Source: Christensenellaceae bacterium (GTDB lineage: Bacteria > Bacillota > Clostridia > Christensenellales > CALMFG01). Taken from it: a stretch of DNA of 64,000 bases. Below the pieces are notes generated by a model. It ran no database searches and was not told the origin of the DNA. It was given only the letters and a program-made list of their open reading frames with translations. Where the stretch lies: positions 6,642 through 70,641 of the forward strand of contig CAXXNY010000021.1 in assembly GCA_963674805.2 (NCBI GenBank). Reading direction: 5' to 3'. Positions 9,378 through 18,551 of this stretch are shown here, one piece after another. Numbering within the stretch: the stretch's first letter is position 1; every line of letters begins with the position of its first letter. The position numbers and the translations under genes were made by a program.

Positions 9378-10196
9378 TTAACGTCCTTCCTCAAGTCTGA
9401 TTAGATGTTCGTAAGCGTCACTTGCAGATTGCAGCGCATCGCCTTGCGGGACGCATTCCATAGAGAGACATTTTGTATACCCAATCTCCTTCATCTTCTT
9501 GATAATAGACCTAAAATCGATATTACCTTTGCCGACGGGCAGTCGGTTGGTATCCGAAAGATGATAATGGCCGATACGGTCTTTGCAGTAATCAATGGCA
9601 TCGGTTTGGCTCACATATTCATAGTCAATCTGGAATGAATCGAGCAGCAAGTCCACATCATCAAGGTCATATTCCTTGATAAAGTCATAAGCGTCGCTGG
9701 CATGATAAAAGGTATTGACCTCGTTTGAGTTGATCGGTTCAAGACACAGCGTAACGCCGCGTTCTTTTGCGTATGCTGACAGGATGCGGAGACTGCCCGC
9801 CAGACGCTGTTTGTAGGCTTTAAGTGTATCTGTCTCTAAAAGCCTGCCGCGAATAAAGCCGATCGGCATCACGCCCGCGCCGAGAAAAGCAGCAGTTTCG
9901 ATTTGTTTTTTATATTCCACGATAAATCGATTGAGCTTTTCTTTGTCTGTGTCGGTTAAGCTTGACTTCAGCTCCGCAAAATAAAACGGAATAAACATAT
10001 AGATACTGAGATGATTTTGATTGAGCATTTCTTTCAGCACCTGTTTTTCGTCTTCAGACATTTTATGAGAGAACAGGTCAAGCCCGGTAAAACCGGATGC
10101 CTGTGCCATTTTCAGCTTTTCCTCTAATGTGCCTGCCTTAAAAGTTATGGGCCCGAACTCGGTCGGGTATGTGGATAATGAAACACCGTATTTCAT
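9378..10196 (-). CDS. Sugar-phosphate isomerase/epimerase (xylose-isomerase-like TIM barrel, AP-endonuclease-2 family)
   Basis: 272 aa, with the typical LCLEP and HYHLSD metal-ligand motifs of this family. Confidence 0.8.
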   Translation of the reverse strand: MKYGVSLSTYPTEFGPITFKAGTLEEKLKMAQASGFTGLDLFSHKMSEDEKQVLKEMLNQNHLSIYMFIPFYFAELKSSLTDTDKEKLNRFIVEYKKQIETAAFLGAGVMPIGFIRGRLLETDTLKAYKQRLAGSLRILSAYAKERGVTLCLEPINSNEVNTFYHASDAYDFIKEYDLDDVDLLLDSFQIDYEYVSQTDAIDYCKDRIGHYHLSDTNRLPVGKGNIDFRSIIKKMKEIGYTKCLSMECVPQGDALQSASDAYEHLIRLEEGR

Positions 10197-10214
10197 ATGA
10201 TGATCCTTTCTGTT

Positions 10215-11759
10215 TTAAATTGATAAATTTTGTTTTGAAAAATCGTCCAGCCGGTGGTTGATATCCTGGAGCGTTTGATGCACATCACGGTAAATATCAA
10301 CAATAGGCTGGTAAGCCTGATGGTTTGCCGTATCAGGCAGATACGTTTGCGCTTCTTTCGCAAAGGCCTTTGCGCCTTCGTACATATCCTTAAAAAGACC
10401 AATCCCAACACCCGCGAGTATTGCGGCACCCTGGCCGGTGGCCTCGTCAACAGTTCGCGTGACAACGGGCTTCCCGATAACATCGGCCTTGATCTGCTGC
10501 CACAGCCGTCCGCGTGAGCCTCCGCCGACGCAGACAATCTGATCAACCGTCTTGCCTGACAGCGCTTCCTGCATCTCGATAATGATCTTTGCCTGATATG
10601 ACAGCCCTTCCAGAACCGCCCGCAGCATATGCCGCGAGGTGGTGTTGTGGTTTGCGCCTAAAAAGTTCGCCTTCATTCTCGGGTCCCATTCGGGTGCCCC
10701 GCTGCCTCTTAAGAACGGGGTAAAGATCACGCCGCCGCTGCCGCAGGGCAGGTCTTTACACATATCAAAAAGCTCATTCAACGGGATATCAGGTGCGGTA
10801 AAGTGCCAGTCATTGCAAAGGCCGAGCCGTTTTACCGCCCATTCCACGCTGATGCCGGATGAGACGATGCCGCCCCAGATGATAAACCGTTCCGGATCGG
10901 GATGGCGCCCGTGACGCTGACCCAACCGTTTTTCCGGCAATTCTGCGCCGCGTTCTGACACGAACAAAAACGGTTCAGCGGTTCCTGAGGAATCCAGTAT
11001 TGCCGAACTGCCAAAGGTGTTAGCGGAAATCGTGGCGCATGGATGGTCATGCCCGCCCATGATAACAGGCGTGCCCTGTTTTAATCCGGTCGCGAATGCG
11101 GCCTCTTTTGTGACGATGCCGATCTGCGTTCCGCTGGCGCATACATCCGGGAAGACCTGAGTGCTAACGCCGACGGCTTTTGTGATGCTGTTTGACCAGG
11201 TGTTGGTATTGATGTCAAAAGCCATGGTCCGACATGCGATCGAATAATCGGTGACCGTTTTGCCGGTGAGCTTAAAATTAATAAAATCGGACATCTGCAG
11301 CCACTTTGCGGCACGGTCGAAAATATCAGGATGATGGCGGCGCATCCAAAGGATTTTTGGCAAAGAGAAAATAGCGCCGATCTCAAGACCTGTTTGATCA
11401 AATACAGCATCATTGCCGATTTCTTTATGGAAAACATCCAATTCGCTGATACTTCTTGCGTCAAACCACGGGATGACATCACACAGGACTTCGCCGCCTT
11501 TGTCTATCGGGATGACCGACTCTGCCATTGAGGTGACCGCAACAGCGCCGACACGGGCAAGCCCGTGAGCGGCGTTGATATCTTTGATGCAGCTGACAAT
11601 ACTCGACCACAGCAGTTCGTGAGAATAACAGGGAAGGCCCCATTTGTCGTTTGAAATAACAGTCGGTATTTTAGCGCTTGCGGTTACTTCCCCTTCGGCG
11701 TTAAATAAAAGCGCTTTCCAGTTGGTTGTGCCGACGTCAATTGTTAATAAATCCATCAT
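10215..11759 (-). CDS. FGGY-family carbohydrate kinase (xylulokinase-like)
   Basis: N-terminal LTIDVGTTNWK, central GGHDHPCA, and C-terminal VCVGGGSRGRLWQQIKADV and TGQGAAILAGVG motifs. Confidence 0.85.
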   Translation of the reverse strand: MMDLLTIDVGTTNWKALLFNAEGEVTASAKIPTVISNDKWGLPCYSHELLWSSIVSCIKDINAAHGLARVGAVAVTSMAESVIPIDKGGEVLCDVIPWFDARSISELDVFHKEIGNDAVFDQTGLEIGAIFSLPKILWMRRHHPDIFDRAAKWLQMSDFINFKLTGKTVTDYSIACRTMAFDINTNTWSNSITKAVGVSTQVFPDVCASGTQIGIVTKEAAFATGLKQGTPVIMGGHDHPCATISANTFGSSAILDSSGTAEPFLFVSERGAELPEKRLGQRHGRHPDPERFIIWGGIVSSGISVEWAVKRLGLCNDWHFTAPDIPLNELFDMCKDLPCGSGGVIFTPFLRGSGAPEWDPRMKANFLGANHNTTSRHMLRAVLEGLSYQAKIIIEMQEALSGKTVDQIVCVGGGSRGRLWQQIKADVIGKPVVTRTVDEATGQGAAILAGVGIGLFKDMYEGAKAFAKEAQTYLPDTANHQAYQPIVDIYRDVHQTLQDINHRLDDFSKQNLSI

Positions 11760-11917
11760 AATGGTTTCCTGACTTATTTTTCAAATATGAAAAAGCGCCC
11801 GCGCCTGTTTCGGCGTGACGGTTTCTTTGTATCATACGGATAACTGAATAGAGGAATGATAATTAAGGATTGGCGGACAACAACGGAAATAACAACGGTA
11901 TCGACAGCACGCGCCGG

Positions 11918-12907
11918 CTAAACAATCAGCTGGTTTCTTAAGAGATAGAGCTTCGGCTCCGGCTTTTCCTGATGCTGTTTATGCAGCAAGCGGAGCAGTA
12001 CTTCGCCTGCCTTTAAACCCATATCATAGGGGGACTGGACGTAACAGGGTATTTTATACCGGTACTTGGACGTATAGTCGTCCAGCGTAAATCCGGCTAA
12101 TTCGACATCTTTGCCGATTTTAACATCCAGCGCATTCAGCGCCATGGTTACACCCTCGGTGATAATCGGGTTAAAGGAGATGATGGCTTTATTCTCTTTT
12201 TTCTGGGCCAGGAAGTCTTTAACCGCCCGGTAGATCCGGTCGTGCGTAATCAGATCCGTACTGACTGTGACATCTTTTCTGCTGAGCCCGTAGTCTTCCA
12301 GCGCCTGCATGGAGCTTTCGTACCGCCGCTCGTTGCTTTTATACTGGATTGCGTTATAAAAGAACGCAATGTTTCGATAGCCCTGGTCCAGTACATGCTT
12401 GGTCAGTTCATATGCACCCTGAATGGTATCCTCGCCGATCGATTCATAGGTTTCATGGACGGTGTCACGGTCGCAGTAGACCATGTTGGAAAAGCCCTTG
12501 GTATAGTCAGATAATATGATATCGTTTTTTTCCGTTGATGCAATAACAATGCCGGCTACGCGCTGCTGTAAAAGCGAACGCAGATAAAAGCGTTCCTTTG
12601 CGGCATCATAACCGGTATCGCAGACAATCAATAAATATTTATTCTCATAAAAGAACTGGTTTAATGCAACACAGACCCGGCTGAAATACGGGGTTAAATC
12701 AGGTACGATAACGCCAATCGTATTGCTGTGTCCGCGCTTTAAGTTCTGCGCAAAGGTGCTGGGAACGAAATTTAAATTCTTAATTGCCTGCCCGACCTTT
12801 ACAGCGGAGATTGGGTTGATGCTTTTTGCATCCTTGATATACCGTGACACCGTGCTGATGGAGACGCCAGCAGCTTCAGCCACATCTTTGATTGTTACAT
12901 TTGCCAT
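11918..12907 (-). CDS. LacI-family transcriptional regulator
   Basis: The preferred start is MANVTIKDVAEAAGVSISTVSR (HTH), following a GAGG RBS. The C-terminal part is a periplasmic-binding-protein-like sugar-binding domain. Confidence 0.85.
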   Translation of the reverse strand: MANVTIKDVAEAAGVSISTVSRYIKDAKSINPISAVKVGQAIKNLNFVPSTFAQNLKRGHSNTIGVIVPDLTPYFSRVCVALNQFFYENKYLLIVCDTGYDAAKERFYLRSLLQQRVAGIVIASTEKNDIILSDYTKGFSNMVYCDRDTVHETYESIGEDTIQGAYELTKHVLDQGYRNIAFFYNAIQYKSNERRYESSMQALEDYGLSRKDVTVSTDLITHDRIYRAVKDFLAQKKENKAIISFNPIITEGVTMALNALDVKIGKDVELAGFTLDDYTSKYRYKIPCYVQSPYDMGLKAGEVLLRLLHKQHQEKPEPKLYLLRNQLIV

Positions 12908-12973
12908 TCTTTCTACCTCATCCAGTAACAAAATCTCTTATGTAGTATTATACAATATTGCGCGCGCATTTGG

Positions 12974-13672
12974 TTACTTATCTTGATAGAAATAAGCGTT
13001 TTCACCATATTTCCTCAAATAGTGTTTATCCAGCATTTCTTTGGGGAGCAGCGCAGAGTTGGGATTTACCGTACGGGTAAGCAGCGCCATTTTTGCGAGT
13101 TCGTCTAAAATCAGGCTGTGTTCGATGCTGCTTTTCACGCTGTCACCCCAGGTAAACGGGCCGTGGCCGGCTGTCAGCACCCCGCACATCTGCATGGGAT
13201 TGATACCCTTAAACGCCTCGACGATGACCTTGCCGATGTTCAGTTCATATCCTTCGGCAATCTCCTCCGGCTTTAAGTGCCGGGTGCAGGGGACTGCGCC
13301 GTAAAAATGATCTGCGTGCGTGGTGCCGTATACGGGGATAGGCTCACAGGCCTGTGCCCATGCGGTTGCGTAGGCCGAGTGCGTGTGCGCGATGGCCTGA
13401 ACATCCTTGAAGTTACGGTAAATCTCCAGATGGATATCAAGGTCGACAGACGGCAGGTAGCGATTATTCGAATCCGGACTGCCGTCAAGATCGGTTACCG
13501 ACATATCGTCCGGCGCTAACAGCTCGTAGTCGATGCCGCGCGGCTTAATCACGACGACGCCTTTTTCACGGTCAATCGCACTGACGTTGCCCCAGGTTAA
13601 GATAACCAGGCCGTATTTTACCAATGCCATGTTTCCGTCATAGACTTTCTTTTTTAAGTCGTTGATACTCAT
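12974..13672 (-). CDS. araD: L-ribulose-5-phosphate 4-epimerase family (class II aldolase/adducin fold)
   Basis: 232 aa with TWGNVSAIDRE, VIKPRG, and HTHS...ATAWAQ zinc-ligand motifs typical of AraD/SgbE/UlaF. Confidence 0.8.
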   Translation of the reverse strand: MSINDLKKKVYDGNMALVKYGLVILTWGNVSAIDREKGVVVIKPRGIDYELLAPDDMSVTDLDGSPDSNNRYLPSVDLDIHLEIYRNFKDVQAIAHTHSAYATAWAQACEPIPVYGTTHADHFYGAVPCTRHLKPEEIAEGYELNIGKVIVEAFKGINPMQMCGVLTAGHGPFTWGDSVKSSIEHSLILDELAKMALLTRTVNPNSALLPKEMLDKHYLRKYGENAYFYQDK

Positions 13673-13704
13673 ATTGGCCTCCCGCTCTTTTAACCGGTAC
13701 GCGC

Positions 13705-14160
13705 TTAGCGCTCATTCTCAATCGCAGTAATTTGATCAATTCTCGGATTGTGGCGCTCTCCGGCATATTTACCAAACAGCCACGCTTCAATAACATCCAA
13801 CGCCTTTTCCAATGATACCATCCATGCGCCGGTGGCCAGCATATTGCTGTTGTTGTGTTCGCGGCTCATGATTGCCGGGAAGACATCATAGCACAGCGCA
13901 CAGCGGATGCCCTTGCACTTATTTGCGGCAATCGCCATGCCCTGGCCGGTTCCGCAGATTAAAATGCCTTTGTCCACAGCGCCGGAGGTGACGAGATCCG
14001 CAACTTTTTTAGCGTAGATGGGATAGTCTCCCTTTTGACTGTTGTCGCATCCGACATCAGTGACAGTATAACCGCGTTTTTTGAGTTCTTCAAGGACGCG
14101 GAGCTTAAAATCATAGCCGGCAAGATCGCACCCCAATGCAAGTTTGAATTGAGTTTCCAT
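13705..14160 (-). CDS. rpiB: RpiB/LacA/LacB-family sugar-phosphate isomerase
   Basis: 151 aa with LGCDLAGY, ILICGTGQGMAIAANK and SREHNN motifs. Confidence 0.85.
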   Translation of the reverse strand: METQFKLALGCDLAGYDFKLRVLEELKKRGYTVTDVGCDNSQKGDYPIYAKKVADLVTSGAVDKGILICGTGQGMAIAANKCKGIRCALCYDVFPAIMSREHNNSNMLATGAWMVSLEKALDVIEAWLFGKYAGERHNPRIDQITAIENER

Positions 14161-14177
14161 TTTGTTCTTCCTTTCTT

Positions 14178-15113
14178 TTAAACTGATAAGTGTAATAACG
14201 ATACCGCTTTTTCAGCGATATCTTTTGCTGATAATTTAAAGTACGCCATCAGGTCCTGACGCGAACCTGAACGGCCGAATGTATCGTTAAGCCCGATCCT
14301 GGCTAAAGGTACGGACGGGTTTTCCGCCATGACTTCGGCAACCGCGCTGCCCAGCCCGCCGATGATGGTGTGGTCTTCGGCTGTAATCACCGCATTGGTT
14401 TTGCCTGCGTATTTCAGGATTAAGTCCTTATCGATCGGTTTAACCGTATGCATATCAATTACTGCGGCGCTGATGCCTTTTCCTTTTAACAACTCTGCCG
14501 CTTTTAATGATTCCGAAACCATATCACCGATGGCGATCAGAGTGATATCACTGCCGTCTCTTAAGACGTTACCCTTGCCCCATTCAAACGGTGCGTTATC
14601 CTTTGTATAGATATCGTCGCTGGGGAAGCGGCCGAACCGCAGGTAAACCGGGCCCTCATGTTTAATGGCGTATTCAACGGCTTTATATGTCAGCGCTTCG
14701 TCTGACGGTACGATGACCGTCATGTTCGGGAACGTCCGCATAATTGAGATGTCTTCAATCGCCTGATGTGAACCGCCGTCAGGGCCGATCAAGACACCGC
14801 CGTGTGTGGCTGCTATTTTAACATTGAGTCCGGTATATGCGATGGAGTTGCGCACCTGTTCGCAGGCGCGGCAGGAAGCGAAGATCGCAAACGTACTGGC
14901 GAATACCGTCTGTCCGCAGGTCGCGATGCCCGCGGCGGTTGTCATTAAATCGCCCTCTGAGATGCCGATGTTGATAAACCGGTCAGGATAAGCTGCCGCA
15001 AACACCTTTGTGTTGGTTGCCTTGGAAAGGTCGGCGTCCATGACCCAAAAATCATATTTTTCCGCTAAGTCTTTAAGCGCATTACCGTATGCTTCGCGTG
15101 TTGATAAAGCCAT
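14178..15113 (-). CDS. Transketolase, C-terminal (pyrimidine-binding) subunit
   Basis: 311 aa with FINIGISEGDLMTTAAG and ATHGG...GPDGGSHQ motifs. Its ATG overlaps the N-subunit stop (TAATG). Confidence 0.9.
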   Translation of the reverse strand: MALSTREAYGNALKDLAEKYDFWVMDADLSKATNTKVFAAAYPDRFINIGISEGDLMTTAAGIATCGQTVFASTFAIFASCRACEQVRNSIAYTGLNVKIAATHGGVLIGPDGGSHQAIEDISIMRTFPNMTVIVPSDEALTYKAVEYAIKHEGPVYLRFGRFPSDDIYTKDNAPFEWGKGNVLRDGSDITLIAIGDMVSESLKAAELLKGKGISAAVIDMHTVKPIDKDLILKYAGKTNAVITAEDHTIIGGLGSAVAEVMAENPSVPLARIGLNDTFGRSGSRQDLMAYFKLSAKDIAEKAVSLLHLSV

Positions 15114-15952
15114 TAGTTCTCCTCCTTTAACTTGGCAAGCTGTGCTTCGAGTGCGGCGAAGGCACCTTCAGCCTGTTCCTTGTTGGGCGCAACGCCGTGC
15201 CAGGATACCTGGTTTTCCATCAGCGGAACGCCTTTGCCTTTAACTGTGTGGCAGAGAACCGCGACCGGCTTATCCTTAATGGTTTTGGCCTGATCAACAG
15301 CCGATGCGATTGCTTCAACGTCGTTTCCGTCGATGCTGATGATATGCCAGCCGAAGGACGCAAATTTTTCTTCCAACGGCAGGTCGTTCATGATTTCGGC
15401 GACCGGGCCGTCGATCTGGAGCCGGTTGACATCCACAAAAGCGGTCAGGTTATCCAGCTTATAGTGCGCAGCGGTCATCATGGCTTCCCATACCTGACCT
15501 TCCTGCATTTCGCCGTCGCCCAGGATAACGTAGACGCGGAAGAGCTTACCTTTGCGTTTGGCATAGAGCGCCATTCCGTTGGCGGCAGACAACCCCTGGC
15601 CCAAAGAGCCGGACGACATATCCACTCCGGGCACCTTTTTCATATCCGGATGTCCCTGCAGGAAGCTGTCGATTTGTCTGAGCTTTGCGATTTCATCTGT
15701 GCTGAAATAACCTCTCAGCGCCAGTGCGCCGTAGTAGGATGGCGCCGCGTGCCCTTTTGACAGCACAAGACGGTCCCTGTCCGGATCTTTCGGATTTGCG
15801 GGGTCAATATTCATTTTCTCAAAATAGAGTACAGAGAGAATATCTGCAATTGAAAGCGAGCCGCCCGGATGGCCGGATTGTGCGTTGTAAACGCCTTCAA
15901 CTGTTTTGATTCGGATTTGAATTGCTTTTTCTTTTAGCTTAAGCGCATTCAT
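15113..15952 (-). CDS. Transketolase, N-terminal (ThDP-binding) subunit
   Basis: 279 aa with SGHPGGSLS, SKGHAAPSYY and GDGEMQEGQVWEA motifs. Confidence 0.9.
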   Translation of the reverse strand: MNALKLKEKAIQIRIKTVEGVYNAQSGHPGGSLSIADILSVLYFEKMNIDPANPKDPDRDRLVLSKGHAAPSYYGALALRGYFSTDEIAKLRQIDSFLQGHPDMKKVPGVDMSSGSLGQGLSAANGMALYAKRKGKLFRVYVILGDGEMQEGQVWEAMMTAAHYKLDNLTAFVDVNRLQIDGPVAEIMNDLPLEEKFASFGWHIISIDGNDVEAIASAVDQAKTIKDKPVAVLCHTVKGKGVPLMENQVSWHGVAPNKEQAEGAFAALEAQLAKLKEEN

Positions 15953-15988
15953 GTGATAAATATCCCTTTCATTAAATATGTATATGAT

Positions 15989-16675
15989 TCATGATCTTTT
16001 TGACAGTTCGTCTAAAATGGCCTGTGAAAACTTTGTGCCGATACGCGTTGCACCGGCATTGATCATGGCCAAAAATTGATCAGCAGTTTTAATGCCGCCG
16101 GAGGCTTTTACTTTGATTTTGCCTTTTGAAAGATCACTAAACAGCCGGATATCTTCAACCGTAGCGCCGCCGCTTGAAAAACCAGTGGATGTTTTGATAT
16201 AATCCGCTCCGGCAGCGATGCAGGCTTCACATGCCTTTATCTTCTCTTCTTCGCTTAAAAGACAAGTCTCGACGATCACTTTTAAAACGGCGTCGTTTCG
16301 CACTTTCATCATTTCGCTCTTAATCTCTGCGATCTCATCCCTCACAAAAAGCCAGTCGCCGTCTTTCGCGCGGTTAACACTCATAACCATGTCGATTTCG
16401 TTCGCGCCTTTACGGCAGGACTCGACCGCTTCAAATACCTTTACCGCAGCGGTAGTGGTTCCGTGCGGAAAAGCGATTGCAGCGCTGATATTGATATCAC
16501 TGCCTTGCTGCCGCGTATATGCCGTGACCCAATCGAGCGTCGCAGGGGTAATGCAGATACACGCATATCCGTTTTCGACGGCTTCGGCACATTCTTTTTC
16601 TATAATCTGACGGTTATCTGTGGGCAGGAGTGACGAGTGATCGATTACAGCGGCATAAGACCTTAAGTCTGTCAT
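15989..16675 (-). CDS. deoC: Deoxyribose-phosphate aldolase
   Basis: Start at MTDLRS, 8 nt after GGAGG. It has IDHSSL, a Schiff-base region (DYIKTSTGF) and KASGGIKT. Confidence 0.85.
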   Translation of the reverse strand: MTDLRSYAAVIDHSSLLPTDNRQIIEKECAEAVENGYACICITPATLDWVTAYTRQQGSDINISAAIAFPHGTTTAAVKVFEAVESCRKGANEIDMVMSVNRAKDGDWLFVRDEIAEIKSEMMKVRNDAVLKVIVETCLLSEEEKIKACEACIAAGADYIKTSTGFSSGGATVEDIRLFSDLSKGKIKVKASGGIKTADQFLAMINAGATRIGTKFSQAILDELSKRS

Positions 16676-16694
16676 GATAATTACCTCCAATTCG

Positions 16695-16710
16695 CTGATA
16701 ATGTTTTCAC
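16695..16710. promoter_or_regulatory. LacI/CcpA-type operator half-degenerate palindrome in the deoC leader
   Basis: The minus-strand reading GTGAAAACATTATCAG lies between the predicted -10 and the deoC RBS. It is closely related to the site at 17023-17038. Confidence 0.5.
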
Positions 16711-16715
16711 ACCAA

Positions 16716-16745
16716 ATATTACTACCAAAGCGGTGAAAAAGTCAA
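16716..16745 (-). promoter_or_regulatory. Sigma-70/SigA-type promoter for the minus-strand deoC operon
   Basis: Minus strand: TTGACT, an 18-nt spacer, then TAATAT. Confidence 0.55.
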
Positions 16746-16989
16746 TATAATCAGTATTACATACCGTATAATAGGCGAATAAGGCTTAAATATACGCATA
16801 AAAGCATAAAATTACGGAGCGGAATAGCATATAATGGAAGAAAACGATTTCAGGAAATAAGTTCTTTTATCTATGATCCTGATATACCTAAACTGAAGCG
16901 GTGATAAAAAAAGTAAATATAAAATATTGGAATATGTACTATTATATGCTGAAAAATCGACGAAAAATATGAATTTCAGGCTAAAATCA

Positions 16990-17018
16990 TTGACAGAGCC
17001 AGTTAACTCATTTATAAT
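16990..17018 (+). promoter_or_regulatory. Consensus SigA-type promoter for the plus-strand ABC operon
   Basis: TTGACA (16990-16995), a 17-nt spacer, then TATAAT (17013-17018). Confidence 0.75.
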
Positions 17019-17022
17019 CTAG

Positions 17023-17038
17023 CTGAAAACGTTATCAG
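17023..17038. promoter_or_regulatory. LacI-family operator / cre-like palindrome
   Basis: CTGAAAACGTTATCAG lies 5 nt downstream of the -10. The core TGAAAACGTTATCA fits the cre/LacI-family consensus TGWAANCGNTNWCA. Confidence 0.6.
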
Positions 17039-17051
17039 CAGGAGGGATTGC

Positions 17052-18551
17052 ATGGAAACACCCATTTTACAAGTAAATCATATCACGAAACAATTTCCCG
17101 GCGTCAAGGCATTGGATGATGTTTCCTTGGATTTGCGAAAAGGTGAAGTGTTGTGTATTGCCGGAGAAAACGGTGCCGGCAAGTCAACGTTAATCAAAAT
17201 CCTTTCGGGCGTTTATCAGCTTGACGGCGGAGAAATCATTCTTAATGGTAAAAAGCTGAATATCAAGGCCCCGAATGACGCGCTTGCGTATGGATTTTCT
17301 GTCGTTTATCAGGAACACAGGCTGATTACCAACCTAACTGTTGCTGAAAATATTTTTTTTGGAAGATATCCGATGAAGGCGGGCGGCTTTGTTGATTTTA
17401 AAAAGCTGAACCAGGACACCAAGGAACTTTTAGACAGTCTGGGCATGAAAATCCGCCCGAGACAGTCTGTCAGCGATTTAAGTTCGTCCCAATCCCAAAT
17501 GGTGGAAATAGCAAAGGCGATGTCAATCGGCGCAAAAATCATGATTCTGGACGAGCCTTCTGCGGCGATTACTGATAACGAATTGGAAAAGCTGTTTAAG
17601 ATTATTAAGCAGTTGAAAGAAACCGGAAAATCATTTATTTATATCTCCCACAGGTTAAAAGAGCTGTTTGAAATCGGCGACCGTGTCGCCATATTAAAGG
17701 ACGGGAGCCTGGTTGGTGTAGAAGATATTCAAAATTTAAATACGAATAAAATTGTCTCAATGATGGTCGGCAGAGATATCGGAAAGGTATTCAGACCGAA
17801 AGACAGAAAAATAGGCGACGAAGTACTGCGCGTAGAACATCTCACGAACGATATAGTGGAAGACTGCAGTTTCTCCATCCGTGCCGGTGAGATTGTTGGA
17901 TTCTCCGGCTTGGTCGGCGCCGGCAGAAGCGAGCTGGCCGAATCGATTTTTGGATACAGAAAGAAGCAAAGCGGAGACGTTTTTGTCAACGGAGAGCTTG
18001 TAAAAATTAAAAGCCCGAAGGACGCAATCTCAAACAGGATCGGGTTTGTCACAGAGGATAGGAAAACGACGGGCGTTATCTTGTCAAAGAGTGTCGGAGT
18101 TAATACAACCTTTGCAATTCTGGACCGCATTTCGCCGATGGGTTTTGTGGATAGAAAGAAAGAAAAAGAGCTGATTAATAAATATGTCGATATATTAAAG
18201 GTAAAGACACCTTCTATTGAACAGGAGACCCAATTCTTATCCGGCGGAAACCAGCAGAAGGTCATTTTAGCCAAGTGGCTGCTGACAGAATCAAATCTAC
18301 TCATCTGTGATGAGCCGACAAAGGGAATCGATGTTGGAACAAAACAGGAATTCTATTATATATTGGACGATTTAGCCCGTCAGGGGATTGCGATTATGCT
18401 GATATCCTCTGAGCTGCCTGAAGTCATTGGTTTGAGCAACCGCGTATATGTCATGCAAGAAGGCGTAATCGTGGCTGAGCTACAGGAAAACGAATTGACT
18501 GAGCAAATGATCGCAGAATATGCAATGAAGGAAGTGGAGGAAACAAAATGA
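17052..18551 (+). CDS. CUT2-family sugar ABC transporter ATP-binding protein (tandem NBDs, RbsA/MglA-like)
   Basis: NBD1 has GENGAGKST, LSSSQSQMVEIAKA and ILDEPS. NBD2 has GLVGAGRSE, LSGGNQQKV and CDEPTKGIDVG. Confidence 0.9.
   Translation: METPILQVNHITKQFPGVKALDDVSLDLRKGEVLCIAGENGAGKSTLIKILSGVYQLDGGEIILNGKKLNIKAPNDALAYGFSVVYQEHRLITNLTVAENIFFGRYPMKAGGFVDFKKLNQDTKELLDSLGMKIRPRQSVSDLSSSQSQMVEIAKAMSIGAKIMILDEPSAAITDNELEKLFKIIKQLKETGKSFIYISHRLKELFEIGDRVAILKDGSLVGVEDIQNLNTNKIVSMMVGRDIGKVFRPKDRKIGDEVLRVEHLTNDIVEDCSFSIRAGEIVGFSGLVGAGRSELAESIFGYRKKQSGDVFVNGELVKIKSPKDAISNRIGFVTEDRKTTGVILSKSVGVNTTFAILDRISPMGFVDRKKEKELINKYVDILKVKTPSIEQETQFLSGGNQQKVILAKWLLTESNLLICDEPTKGIDVGTKQEFYYILDDLARQGIAIMLISSELPEVIGLSNRVYVMQEGVIVAELQENELTEQMIAEYAMKEVEETK

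Noticed and set aside
10193-10546. 117-aa minus-strand ORF that overlaps the 3' end of the FGGY kinase gene and the start of the isomerase gene.
   Set aside because: It is out of frame within a well-supported CDS. The translation is Arg/Ser-rich, and it has no independent RBS.
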